This document shows, piece after piece, positions 11,601-17,744 of a stretch of DNA of 64,000 bases (position 1 is the first letter of the stretch; every line of letters begins with the position of its first letter). The notes below the pieces were generated by a model. The model was given only the letters and a program-made list of their open reading frames with translations. It was not told the DNA's origin and did no database searches. The position numbers and the translations under genes were made by a program. The stretch is from Candidatus Uhrbacteria bacterium (GTDB lineage Bacteria > Patescibacteriota > Patescibacteriia > JACRJV01): positions 3,728 to 67,727 of the forward strand of contig JACRJV010000007.1 of NCBI GenBank assembly GCA_016215325.1, given 5' to 3'.

Positions 11601-12377
11601 GCCATCGAGATTAATCGTGGTGCCCGCTCCTTGAATTGTTTTGTCCGCGCCCGTCACCGTCAATGTCCGCGATGTGGTGCCCCCGGCAACAGTGAACCCG
11701 TCCGCGGCCGAGGCAAGTGTCAATCCATTGACGGCGCCGCTGGTCACAGTGCCGGTGCCAGAACTTCCCACCGTGAGCGTGCCGGCCACGGTTGCATCAC
11801 CTTCGGCATCCACTTTGAATCGGCTCGTGCCATTCACCGCAATGCCAAAGAGCGTGTAGTTGGCGGTGACGCTCGCGGGGTTTATGTAGACAACACCTTG
11901 ACTCACGCCCGTTCCCGACGGGGTGCCAGTCAACGTAAAATTTCCGGAAGAGCTGGTCACGGGGACAAATGCAGAAAGGCCGCCAATGGCCGATGTTTCT
12001 AATCCATCGAGCCGATCGGTGTTGACGGCGTACCCCGATGCCCCAATCCGGCGTCGTGGCGAGAGCGTTTCGCCATTGACTTGGACCTCGAGATACAATG
12101 TGTCGTTATCGAACAACGTCACCGGGAATGCGTTTTGTGATCCGCCACCGGCAGATGTATCACCTAAGAGCACGCTAAACTCGCCACTGGCCACAGCCAC
12201 ACTCATGGTCGACGACGGACTCGTGCACCCATTCGCTCCCGTGCCTTTCGCAGACCATTGGCAGGTGCCGGACGTTGCGGCGTCGTAAATCACAAATGCC
12301 ATGTTGTAGTTGGCATCGCTTACCGCCGAACCGCTGGAAGTCTTGAGGACCCCCTGGTAACTCATGACATGGGGCAC
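2691..12377 (-). CDS. giant Thr/Gly/Ala/Ser-rich repetitive fibre/adhesin with C-terminal peptidase S74 (intramolecular chaperone) domain and Pro/Glu-rich tail; true start probably 12488, upstream of an in-frame TAG
   Basis: 3228-aa ORF; N-terminal SYQGVLK...YLEVQVNGETLSPR domain; repeated GNVGIGTTTP-like and TDTLTNKTL units; S74-like STKEAKKDI...MGLIAEE...VDIYKL...AVKAQQTQIE. Confidence 0.8.
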   Translation of the reverse strand: MPHVMSYQGVLKTSSGSAVSDANYNMAFVIYDAATSGTCQWSAKGTGANGCTSPSSTMSVAVASGEFSVLLGDTSAGGGSQNAFPVTLFDNDTLYLEVQVNGETLSPRRRIGASGYAVNTDRLDGLETSAIGGLSAFVPVTSSSGNFTLTGTPSGTGVSQGVVYINPASVTANYTLFGIAVNGTSRFKVDAEGDATVAGTLTVGSSGTGTVTSGAVNGLTLASAADGFTVAGGTTSRTLTVTGADKTIQGAGTTINLDGNLTLAGAFTTSGANALTLATTGATTLTLPTTGTIATLAGSETFTNKTIDNTNAATLKDTNFVIQDDSDTTKQLAFQISGVSAGATRTLSIPNVSGTIVTTGDTGSVTNGMLTGSIAASKLVGTDIATVGTITAGTWNGTTIAVANGGTGATTAANARANLGAAASGANSDITSISGLTTALAVAQGGTGAGTLSGILIGNGTSAVTATTASSGISGQLTDETGSGALVFATTPTLVTPVLGVASATSINKVAITAPATSATLTIADGKTLTASNSLTLAGTDATTITFQGTDTYVGRATTDTLTNKTLTTPVIASISNSGTITIPTGTDTLVGRATTDTLTNKTLTSPAINTATITNPAISGNETIASGASATWNGIDLSAATATITGSTNITTAAGFNLLNIAQPTLSAASALTVTNAATAYIANAPTGGGAGPATITNAYALWVDDGAVRFDGNVGIGVTTPTAVLHLKAGTTSASTAPLKFNSGSLMTTAEAGAVEFLTDAYYGTITTGAARKTFAFLESPTFTGTVTIPTPFTLGATSVTSTGTQLNYLSSAGGTTGTTSTNLVFSTSPTLVTPTLGVASATSINKVAITAPTTSATLTIADGKTLTASNSLTLAGTDATTITFQGTDTYVGRATTDTLTNKTLTTPVIASISNSGTITIPTGTDTLVGRATTDTLTNKTLTSPDINGGTADALTSLGIRSTGTGAFDLTLANTENLTAGRILTITTNDAARTINLAGNLTTAGALITSGANSLTLTTTGATNVTLPTTGTLATLAGAEALTNKTINGLTVTASTGTLTIADGKTLTASNSLTLAGTDSTTITFQGTDTYVGRATTDTLTNKTLTSPAINTATITNPAISGNETIASGASATWNGIDLSAATATITGSTNITTATGFNLLNIAQSTLSAASTLTVTNAASLYIANAPTGAGAGPATITNAYALWVDAGTTRLDGTLTLGNGETIVNSTDTELSFSDGTNTLTFDLDEDTNTAVEIVTSSGDDLVLSPGSGYVGIGTTTPTTNLVIKDSGGDRSSSYNMLILDKTDIGNPATIEFKTGYPSDWRAGSSITIANAFEIYDVNTSSSRFSIGGSSGTITLTGPVSLTGATTVAANNNFALASGTGTFVQTFTGDTTDAAQITASSVTTADALQITASGLTTGNALNIISTSTVGTGSDDTALVTLTRSGTNANSAHTAYGIYSSVTNVNATSGTNIAGYFAASTASGLIVNYALVANGTEGDLVGGTGSGDDLLLVSTSNATKGDIQFHSSSYIINSSGQATFATDETLNGIDVSSGAVSDVTTLGMSGALTIAPTTTGTFTDYQLETEWTQGTLINADFANVTTQSGGDITGLKFDFDTNLTGAADLDITGTDIVMNALTAADSAVTTTYTGYNISAAGALSVTDGANAAIINWRGANITMPNITQNTGDTVTANGIRLVNGTITTAGTQNIINLAAAGVGAGTLYGINIGNITAGNGTETALSIGSGWDTGIDLSANILVNIGNAGTDFTSTGGLTLAGALDANGQVDLGDSGDTVAIDSSDWDINTTGDMSGIGAITADGAISTTSTLNVDSTVTLGGTTIDANANFALASGTGTFVQTYTGNTTDAAQITADSVSTADALQISADGLTTGTGVFIESTSTVGGGSGSTALLKLTRSGTNSNATHTAYGVYSTVANTGTTSSNYGGYFSASGATTNYALFADGTQGDLVGGSGSGDDLLLISTSNSTKGDIQFHSSSYYINSSGQLTVATDESINGIDINAGAVSDVTTLGMSGALTISPTTTGTFLDFALETEWTTGSLINADFGSATTQSGAITGMAMDLSSNLTLDNTSAITGLSLTIPGTPASGSGTKTLTGIDVTNQMSADVAGVTVNSRGVNISVGGGNAAYTDGTINADGLRVASVSSDGSAGDTINLINLVPAGPQGGTYNALNIGDITANAATETAVKIGSGWDTAIRVTGSTTTGVTSHVVNLASDIGSGAALIYGAPDFSGSGVTGYGLNITATDSTANTNTDYGYYGSLALTGNAAKYGYGLYQTVTSNSTTADTIAALDIATSVTGAISTGTRTVYGLRSQPATSGASSGGTANVYGSYLAPSSTASSTGSTVNVYGEYIANTATLTTNGTINSYGLYIADGTSTTTGTSTKTGLYVASPTGADTNYTAIFAGGYVGIGDTTPTAALDVVGSGVFTTGSTTSVLTGSIDPTASTDVTGVGTAFLTELVVGDSITVSGETRMVTQIGNNTNLSVNVAFSDNANDTSVDRTPVQGITLQNTTASTATNDAQYSPALTFHGSSWVNPGPGLASYSQDWRVFSANQEGGGSQLRFDYNQFGNGYNTPMSLAANGNLNLALVTATFGNDTGESGNSWTGSVFTVNNNQTSTAVSGANSIVGNYFKFTNQPSVSNNVEYAMLIENQPTTNTTDNFVSALLVLNNADTAVTGPASTVVTDALLIANTGGAGITNDIKFQNSETIDNASDGTVNIKDSGGTAILTGSLTAFQINLDDTTTYTQRVCQSGADAATGLVNIGDCNAGGSDMAEYYGSDGTLEAGDIVAISGEAQEFVQERIGQSSKASVAKSQAVYAPITGVVSTNPFSEVLGEGVFTTEEHPVPIVLAGRIPVKVNLEGGDIAAGDRITTSSIAGVGMKAKTSGWTVGVALESYNAQSPDNKIVVWFNPQYRIESSQMAFDDDGNIGIGTTDPQYKLHVMGDVAATSFVNISTKEAKKDIEYLTEGDQKTILAKLANVNIARYHYKEESATAPLRMGLIAEEAPLEVLSIDGKGVDIYKLATFTLSAVKAQQTQIEKLFERMEQFEQRLDRLTGETTRSSQEELSFLRAEIQGIREQSQQQVRQQSASAPAPIITLKEIEEDPPTTPVEKKIEEPPSQASEVEPAPEPAVVTETPALPEPPITETPTASSEPTPTPAPEPTPAPEPVAEAAPAQSEPAAVEQAAATESAPAPAQPETVAQE

Positions 12378-12541
12378 GCCAACGGCCGCTTGAGTGCGAT
12401 AATTATACTAAAACGCGCCAGCAACCGCTGGGATAACGAGAACCAGGAATAGGAATTTTACCAATTGTGGATGTTTGACCGACGACATATGCTATTGCGT
12501 TTTTGTTTCGGTTTTCTTCGTCTCTTTGAACGGTGCTGGAT

Positions 12542-13150
12542 TTACTGCGCCACTTCCCGCAGTCCACTGATGAACAATTCTGTGTTGACCGTAATCGCAT
12601 AAACAGCCAGATCAATCTGGTCACGAGCTGAACGCCATTCTTCTTGCAAATCTTGCCGCGTTGACGCCACATCCTCGACGGACGATTCCGCCACAGGCAA
12701 TGCTTCGCTCACGGCAACCAACTCTTCAACGATATTCTGCTTGACCGCAGCCGCCGCCTGCCCAGGCTGCCAACTGGTCTTTGCCCAGGCGCGCATCACT
12801 TCAACTTGTTTGCTCGTCTTCTCAAATGTTTGTCGCACCCACTGTTGCACTGTTTGCCAGAACCCTATAACGCCAGACTTGATGCTGCTCCCTGCTTGTC
12901 CGATCGCAACACCGACCGCTTGGACCCTCACAACAATGTGCTGTTGCGTTCGCAACAAGGTATGTTGGATTCTTTGAATGCGCGATGGGCGCTCCGGCTC
13001 ACTGACCTCCTGCGCAGCAGAAGTCTCCGATGGTTGTCCTGTTTTACGTTCAGCGGATTTCTCATTTTCGGATTGATCGGTCTTCTCCGGTGGTATCACG
13101 GGCTTGATTTCTTGCTCAACACGAATACTGCCCGATGATTCAGTTCTCAC
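12542..13150 (-). CDS. hypothetical coiled-coil protein (possibly the C-terminal half of a frameshifted gene)
   Basis: 202-aa ORF; GTG start overlaps the upstream TGA; the frame stays open about 28 codons further upstream. Confidence 0.55.
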   Translation of the reverse strand: MRTESSGSIRVEQEIKPVIPPEKTDQSENEKSAERKTGQPSETSAAQEVSEPERPSRIQRIQHTLLRTQQHIVVRVQAVGVAIGQAGSSIKSGVIGFWQTVQQWVRQTFEKTSKQVEVMRAWAKTSWQPGQAAAAVKQNIVEELVAVSEALPVAESSVEDVASTRQDLQEEWRSARDQIDLAVYAITVNTELFISGLREVAQ

Positions 13151-13749
13151 CGCAAGAGGTTTCGGCTCGATCGCAATTTCCGCCCGGGGATGCGCGCCCC
13201 AAAAAGTTGTTTCACGGGTTTTGTGACCGCTTCAATGGCACGTTCAATCACCCCAGAGGTCTCGGGCTGTTGTTGCGCATCCGGGGGAACCGAAGTCCCG
13301 GATGATGCGGGTATCGTTGTAGGCGCGGCTTGTTCTTGCTGCGGTAGGAGGGGCGCGTCCGTTGGTTCTTGTTGCGGTGCGCCGCCGGACGGCGGTGGAG
13401 TCGTCGTGGTTGGTTGTTGTTGTGGGGCGACTCCCGTATCAGCCGGGGGCGCTACTGCCTGCGTCCCTCGCGCTGTGCGCGTCGTGGTGCTGCCCGAACC
13501 TGTTGATGTTGCCAGTGGAGCAGCGGTCTTGAAATTCGTTGAACTCCCCCCCTGTGCTGGGGCAACGCCCCCTCGGGAACCCGATGTTGTGCTGCCAGAA
13601 GCAGAAGACCCGGATGGGCCAAACGAAAAAGAGTCGATGAGAATAAAGCTTGTGGAAGTAGACGTGTCTGCGCGTACGTCAGAAGCTGCTATCCACAAGC
13701 CTGATACCCAAACGACTCCAAGGATAATTATGAAGAATGGGGCCTTCAT
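13147..13749 (-). CDS. secreted low-complexity Ser/Thr/Pro/Gln-rich protein
   Basis: Signal peptide MKAPFFIIILGVVWVSGLWIAASDVRA; sigma70-like promoter upstream. Confidence 0.65.
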   Translation of the reverse strand: MKAPFFIIILGVVWVSGLWIAASDVRADTSTSTSFILIDSFSFGPSGSSASGSTTSGSRGGVAPAQGGSSTNFKTAAPLATSTGSGSTTTRTARGTQAVAPPADTGVAPQQQPTTTTPPPSGGAPQQEPTDAPLLPQQEQAAPTTIPASSGTSVPPDAQQQPETSGVIERAIEAVTKPVKQLFGARIPGRKLRSSRNLLR

Positions 13750-13822
13750 AAAGCTCTTTTTTGTATTTATTTTTCGATTTTTTGCACTTTCCTCTACTGC
13801 AACCGCCGATTTTTATGTATTA

Positions 13823-13851
13823 ATTATAGCATTTTTTAGGTAAACTTTCAA
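13823..13851 (-). promoter_or_regulatory. sigma70-type promoter of the fibre locus
   Basis: TTGAAA-N17-TATAAT with TG extension on the minus strand. Confidence 0.6.
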
Positions 13852-13899
13852 TGTTCGGATGTCCACAGGTCGAAATGGATTTTTTCGCTTTTATTGAGG

Positions 13900-14196
13900 T
13901 TAATTTTCTGGGTACACCTTCTTCCCGTCTTTATTATACAAGAATATGGCCAGCGTGGGGCACGATTCTGCCGAAGCTTTGAGCGTTTCGTCGTCCACCG
14001 TGAGCCATTCGGGCTTAATGATCGCTTTGGCGTCGTTGTCCAACTCATACACATCGGGAGCAACGGCTATGCAACTGGCTGCCCCAATACAGAGCTCTCG
14101 ATCGACAACAACACGGGTAAATTGCCGACCGCTGGATGTCGTAATAGTCTCTTTGTTGAGAGTAATATTATTAGAATCAGAGCGAGAGGCATCCAT
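13900..14196 (-). CDS. single-cluster ferredoxin, probably [3Fe-4S]
   Basis: VDRELCIGAASCIAVAPDVY...AESCPTLAI (CxxAxxC...CP). Confidence 0.85.
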   Translation of the reverse strand: MDASRSDSNNITLNKETITTSSGRQFTRVVVDRELCIGAASCIAVAPDVYELDNDAKAIIKPEWLTVDDETLKASAESCPTLAIFLYNKDGKKVYPEN

Positions 14197-14203
14197 AAGT
14201 ATT

Positions 14204-14267
14204 GAGCAAGATAAGCATTACGTCGTAGCTTAATTTACTTATTTTACTTATCTCGCTTATCTTGCTC
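14204..14267. repeat. nonamer-repeat hairpin element, copy 1 (CTTATCTTG-like units)
   Basis: gagcaagataagc...gcttaatttacttattttacttatctcgcttatcttgctc; further copies at 35862 and 39980. Confidence 0.8.
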
Positions 14268-14273
14268 GCTGCC

Positions 14274-14852
14274 CTAGAAGGGCAGCGTCAAATTTAGGCT
14301 TACTTGAGCAATTTTTGGCATTTCAGGCAAAAGAATGGCAAACTCTCGGGTCGAACCAACGTCTGGGTACCGGAGCTTTTTGAATTTTTGGGCGTATTCG
14401 TAGATATCCCGAGTGATCCGCACATCATCCAGGCAGTATTGTTTAATTTTCTCGATCTCCCCTTGCTTGTACCATTCCACCGCTTGCAGGCCATGGCTAC
14501 TCTTTGCCGTTCCTAATGTTCCCTTCGCAAGATCATCTAATTTGAGGCGGAATCCTAACCGCTCTTTCACCACTTCCAATAGGTCGAGTTGCGGGAGTTT
14601 CGATAAATCGCCTCTATAGTAATTATTTAGCACGGGAATGTCAAACGCTTTGCTGTTATACCCAATCACTCGATCGGCGTGTTCAAACATAGGCCACATC
14701 TTGGGGAGCTCTTCCTCTGTAAATGTTGAATACCGATCATATTCATATTCGTAAACCCCCACAACGGATACTTTGAGCCCCCGATGGCCTAATGCGCCGA
14801 CGTCATTGAATGTGTTTTGAGTTTCGATATCAAAGACAATCTCTTTACTCAT
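14274..14852 (-). CDS. RNase H-like DEDD exonuclease domain protein (YprB/RNase_H_2-like)
   Basis: IVFDIET, VIGYNSKAFDIP, YCLDDV acidic motifs; start set at MSKEIV. Confidence 0.8.
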   Translation of the reverse strand: MSKEIVFDIETQNTFNDVGALGHRGLKVSVVGVYEYEYDRYSTFTEEELPKMWPMFEHADRVIGYNSKAFDIPVLNNYYRGDLSKLPQLDLLEVVKERLGFRLKLDDLAKGTLGTAKSSHGLQAVEWYKQGEIEKIKQYCLDDVRITRDIYEYAQKFKKLRYPDVGSTREFAILLPEMPKIAQVSLNLTLPF

Positions 14853-14867
14853 AGGATTCATCGGCAC

Positions 14868-14964
14868 TACGAAGTAAGAATGTATACGAATATACGAATC
14901 GTCTCCCCAACGATCGATCGTCAACGCTGCGGTTCGTATAATTCGTAATGCATCGTACTTCGAA
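14868..14964. repeat. TACGAA/TTCGTA short-repeat hairpin
   Basis: tacgaag...tatacgaa-tatacgaa ... ttcgtata-attcgtaa. Confidence 0.6.
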
Positions 14965-15003
14965 GGGGTATGCAATACGCTGCAGTATATCAAACTCTCA
15001 CAC

Positions 15004-15040
15004 AAACAAACAGCCCCGACTGACATCGGGGCTGTTTGTG
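15004..15040 (-). terminator. intrinsic terminator
   Basis: aaacagccccga-ctgaca-tcggggctgttt with T-rich tail on the minus strand. Confidence 0.75.
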
Positions 15041-15073
15041 GAAAAGTGCTGGGTGAAACGGAACCGATCGCGA

Positions 15074-15163
15074 TTATTCGCGGACAGCGACCCAGACGAC
15101 TTCACGGCGCATCATCCAAAGTTGGATGAAGTGGTGGAGCATAGCTAGAGTGTTAATGAACAT
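15074..15163 (-). CDS. putative 29-aa small protein MFINTLAMLHHFIQLWMMRREVVWVAVRE
   Basis: ATG after an A-rich stretch, between a pseudoknot and a terminator; below the ORF-track cutoff. Confidence 0.4.
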   Translation of the reverse strand: MFINTLAMLHHFIQLWMMRREVVWVAVRE

Positions 15164-15176
15164 TTGTTTTTGTTTT

Positions 15177-15208
15177 CCTGGGGCTTATGGTCGCGCCCAG
15201 GAGCGACC
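15177..15208 (-). ncRNA. H-type pseudoknot in a 5' leader
   Basis: GGUCGC-U-CCUGGG-C-GCGACC-AUAAGC-CCCAGG: two perfect 6-bp stems with loops of 1, 1 and 6 nt. Confidence 0.55.
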
Positions 15209-15255
15209 TTTCAAAAGCTGGATGTCCCCCCTCCGGGACATGAATTTACTCTATC

Positions 15256-15284
15256 AGTATAGCACATTTTTTGGGGGTTGTCGA
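15256..15284 (-). promoter_or_regulatory. sigma70-type promoter
   Basis: TCGACA-N17-TATACT with TG extension. Confidence 0.55.
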
Positions 15285-15293
15285 TGGGGTTCG

Positions 15294-15368
15294 TGGTGCG
15301 CGTGCCTGGGATCGAACCAGGGACCTTCTCATTATCAGTGAGACGCTCCACCACTGAGCTACACGCGC
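15294..15368 (-). tRNA. tRNA-Ile(GAT)
   Basis: GCGCGTGTAGCTCAGTGGTGGAGCGTCTCACTGATAATGAGAAGGTCCCTGGTTCGATCCCAGGCACGCGCACCA cloverleaf. Confidence 0.97.
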
Positions 15369-16051
15369 GCAATCGCTTCTTGATAACAATCAGTCATTGC
15401 TTTCATTGCCATCATTATTTTTCTTTTCAGTCCAGTGCTTGGGACATATACCGCACAGGTGCCGTGACCATGACTGTATGAGTAAGAAAAACTCGATGGA
15501 CGCAACGTTCTGATTTGGTGTTTATAAAACTGACTCTCATCAATTCCTGCCACATTCTCCCAAAACTTAACCTCTTTGGAAATGTCCATCGATTCATAAA
15601 GGTGGAGCTGCAAACGAATCTGCCGTCGACTGATACCATAGAACTTCCCTATCCAAGCGATAAAGAATCGGATTACACCGGGGTCGGTATTAGCAAGGTG
15701 AACTCGAAAAGGATTCCGTTTTTCGCCTTCGCCTAAATATAATACAAGCCCTGCGACAAAGCAAGACTCTGTTGAGAGGTGTTTGAATTGATCAACATAT
15801 TCCAAATACACGTTCTGGTCAGCCTGTCTCTTCTTTTCACGCATGGCATTTCTATATCGCTCTCGGCTGGCCTCACCGCTGAGCCAATTTTTCCTTCGTA
15901 ACTCTAGTATTTTTTCTTCGGTAAGCGGGAATTCTCTCAACCAGTAGCTCAGGGTACTTTTTGGTACGCTCAATTTTTTCATTATTGCAGTGTAACTCAT
16001 CTCTTCTTCTACTCGCAGTCGCACTGCTTGATTGCGAAGTTCAGCGTTCAT
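15359..16051 (-). CDS. HTH + LAGLIDADG-like endonuclease-fold protein; stop codon lies inside tRNA-Ile
   Basis: N-terminal HTH (SYTAIMKKLSVPKSTLSYWL) and AGLVLYLGEGEK...LANTDPGVIRFF resembling a LAGLIDADG helix. Confidence 0.65.
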   Translation of the reverse strand: MNAELRNQAVRLRVEEEMSYTAIMKKLSVPKSTLSYWLREFPLTEEKILELRRKNWLSGEASRERYRNAMREKKRQADQNVYLEYVDQFKHLSTESCFVAGLVLYLGEGEKRNPFRVHLANTDPGVIRFFIAWIGKFYGISRRQIRLQLHLYESMDISKEVKFWENVAGIDESQFYKHQIRTLRPSSFSYSYSHGHGTCAVYVPSTGLKRKIMMAMKAMTDCYQEAIARV

Positions 16052-16162
16052 AAAGATACGATGATCAATGAACCATTGTCATTATATATTAGCATAACCT
16101 TTTCTAGAGTACAACTTTTTTACCGATTTACTAAACTTCGTATGGTGAAGAGTTGTCGATAC

Positions 16163-16189
16163 AAAAAGCCGCCCTTGTGAGGCGGCTTT
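16163..16189 (-). terminator. terminator of the 16S transcript
   Basis: aaagccgcc-tcacaag-ggcggcttttt on the minus strand. Confidence 0.7.
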
Positions 16190-16504
16190 CGCTTGCCCCG
16201 CAGCGATTGCTCAGGGCGAAGTTGACTCAAGAAACGTGATAGCAATGACGTCACCCGATCATTTGATCGGGTCATTCGTTGGTGGAGTACTGCCGCCCTC
16301 AATGCGCGCTGAAAGAGTACAGCAGTATTCCACCAACAAATGTCGACTTGGACTTTCGTCCAAATTACTCCCTAGAAAGGAGGTGATCCATCCACAGCTT
16401 CCGCTACGGATGCCTTGTTACGACTTCGTCCCTGTCACCAATCCTACCTTCTGACGGTTGTCCGCCATTCGGGTATTATCGGCTCCCTTGACGTGACGGG
16501 CGGT

Positions 16505-17238
16505 ATTACGATCACAACAATCTTATGATTGTTGTGTCACTGATCACCACTGGGCAAACGGCTTTCCCGTACCCTAGCGGTTCCCAAATATCGTTATTGT
16601 TTTCTTCCCGTTCCTCCGCGCCATCTCGCGCAACGCCAGAATTTTTGAATATCCGGTGTCGCTCAGATGTTCTTTCTTCGCGATGATTTCCACCACGCGT
16701 CGAAAGATGTTGAAGGATTGCTGTTTTTTCGACTGAAGAGGGTGTTGTGCCTTCTCCGTCAACAAAACCCACAACATAGTGTGGCGGTAACGGTCGGAAA
16801 TGATAATTTGGTTTCACTCCTTCCCCAGAAAAACTTCTGAGTACTATGAGATCTGCTGACTTCTTGTACTTCATAAGAATGCTTGTTTCCAAACACTCCG
16901 CCATCACCTCGTGATTAATTCATCACGATGTAGTATACCACAATTTGATGATGGAAGGTACAAGATCTCCCTGGGTCACGAACAAGAATAATTGTCTCTA
17001 TCGGGATCCTAATCACATACAGCATTTTGTGTTCGAATAATTTCCCCCTGTACGCGCGGGGTCATCCAAACTGTATGCCACCATTGATTCACGCTAAAGA
17101 CTGCGTCCGAACTCTCGTCAGAGCCCTCGCGGGCACTGGCGTGTTCTTTGCTTCAAGTCTTTCGAACGAGACTTGGTCGGATTTCCTGCCTGCCGACAGG
17201 CAGGTCACCAACATTCGTTGTCCGCTACCAGGCGGTCC
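16505..17238 (-). mobile_element. group II (IIC-like) intron in 16S rRNA, inserted at TGTACAC^ACCGCCCGTC (about E. coli 1397/1398)
   Basis: Removing 734 nt restores the universal sequence; D1 GGTGA^AAATCC and ACCCAGGGAGATCT, J2/3-D3 AGAAGTCAGCAGATCTCATAGTA...GGGAAGG, D5 GAACCGC...GAAA...GTGGTG with CGC triad, D6 hairpin, AT 3' end. Confidence 0.85.
16574..16907 (-). pseudogene. degenerate intron-encoded LAGLIDADG homing endonuclease (internal deletion plus frameshift)
   Basis: LPPHYVVGFVDGEG in one frame is joined directly to the C-terminal HPLQSKKQQSFNIF...EHL segment in another frame. Confidence 0.75.
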
Positions 17239-17550
17239 GTGTACAAAACCCGAGAACGTATTCACCGCGGCGAGGCTGATCCGCGATTACTAGCGATTCC
17301 TGCTTCATGAGGGCGAGTTGCAGCCCTCAATCTGAACTGGGGGGTGATTTGATGGGATTAGCTCCAGCTTGCGCTTTGGCGGCCCATTGTAGCACCCCAT
17401 TGTAGCACGTGTGTCGCCCAGGACGTAAGAGCCATGCTGATTTGACGTCATCCCCACCTTCCTCCCCCTTGAGGGGGGCAGTCTCGCCAGACACTTGTAA
17501 CTGGCAATAGGGGTTGCGCTCGTTTCCAGACTTAACTGTACACCTTACGG

Positions 17551-17583
<33 letters not shown>

Positions 17584-17695
17584 TGCACCCTCGAAGGTCA
17601 CACGTTTCCGTGCGCTTGCAGCATCATGTCAAGCCCTGGTAAGGTTCCTCGCTTATTGTCGAATTGAACCACATGCTCCACCGCTTGTGCGGGTT

Positions 17696-17744
<49 letters not shown>

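Noticed and set aside
12408-12410. Genome-wide TAG recoding
   Set aside because: Several intact genes end in TAG (for example 169, 14274, 22174) and no conserved gene shows internal TAGs
2691-13749. Prophage tail-fibre region
   Set aside because: No integrase, capsid, terminase or tail genes nearby; the fibre has a signal-peptide-like N-terminus
15040-15235. tmRNA (GGGGAC start, pseudoknot, short ORF)
   Set aside because: No 3' T-arm or CCA acceptor end, and no frame ending in an Ala-Ala tag
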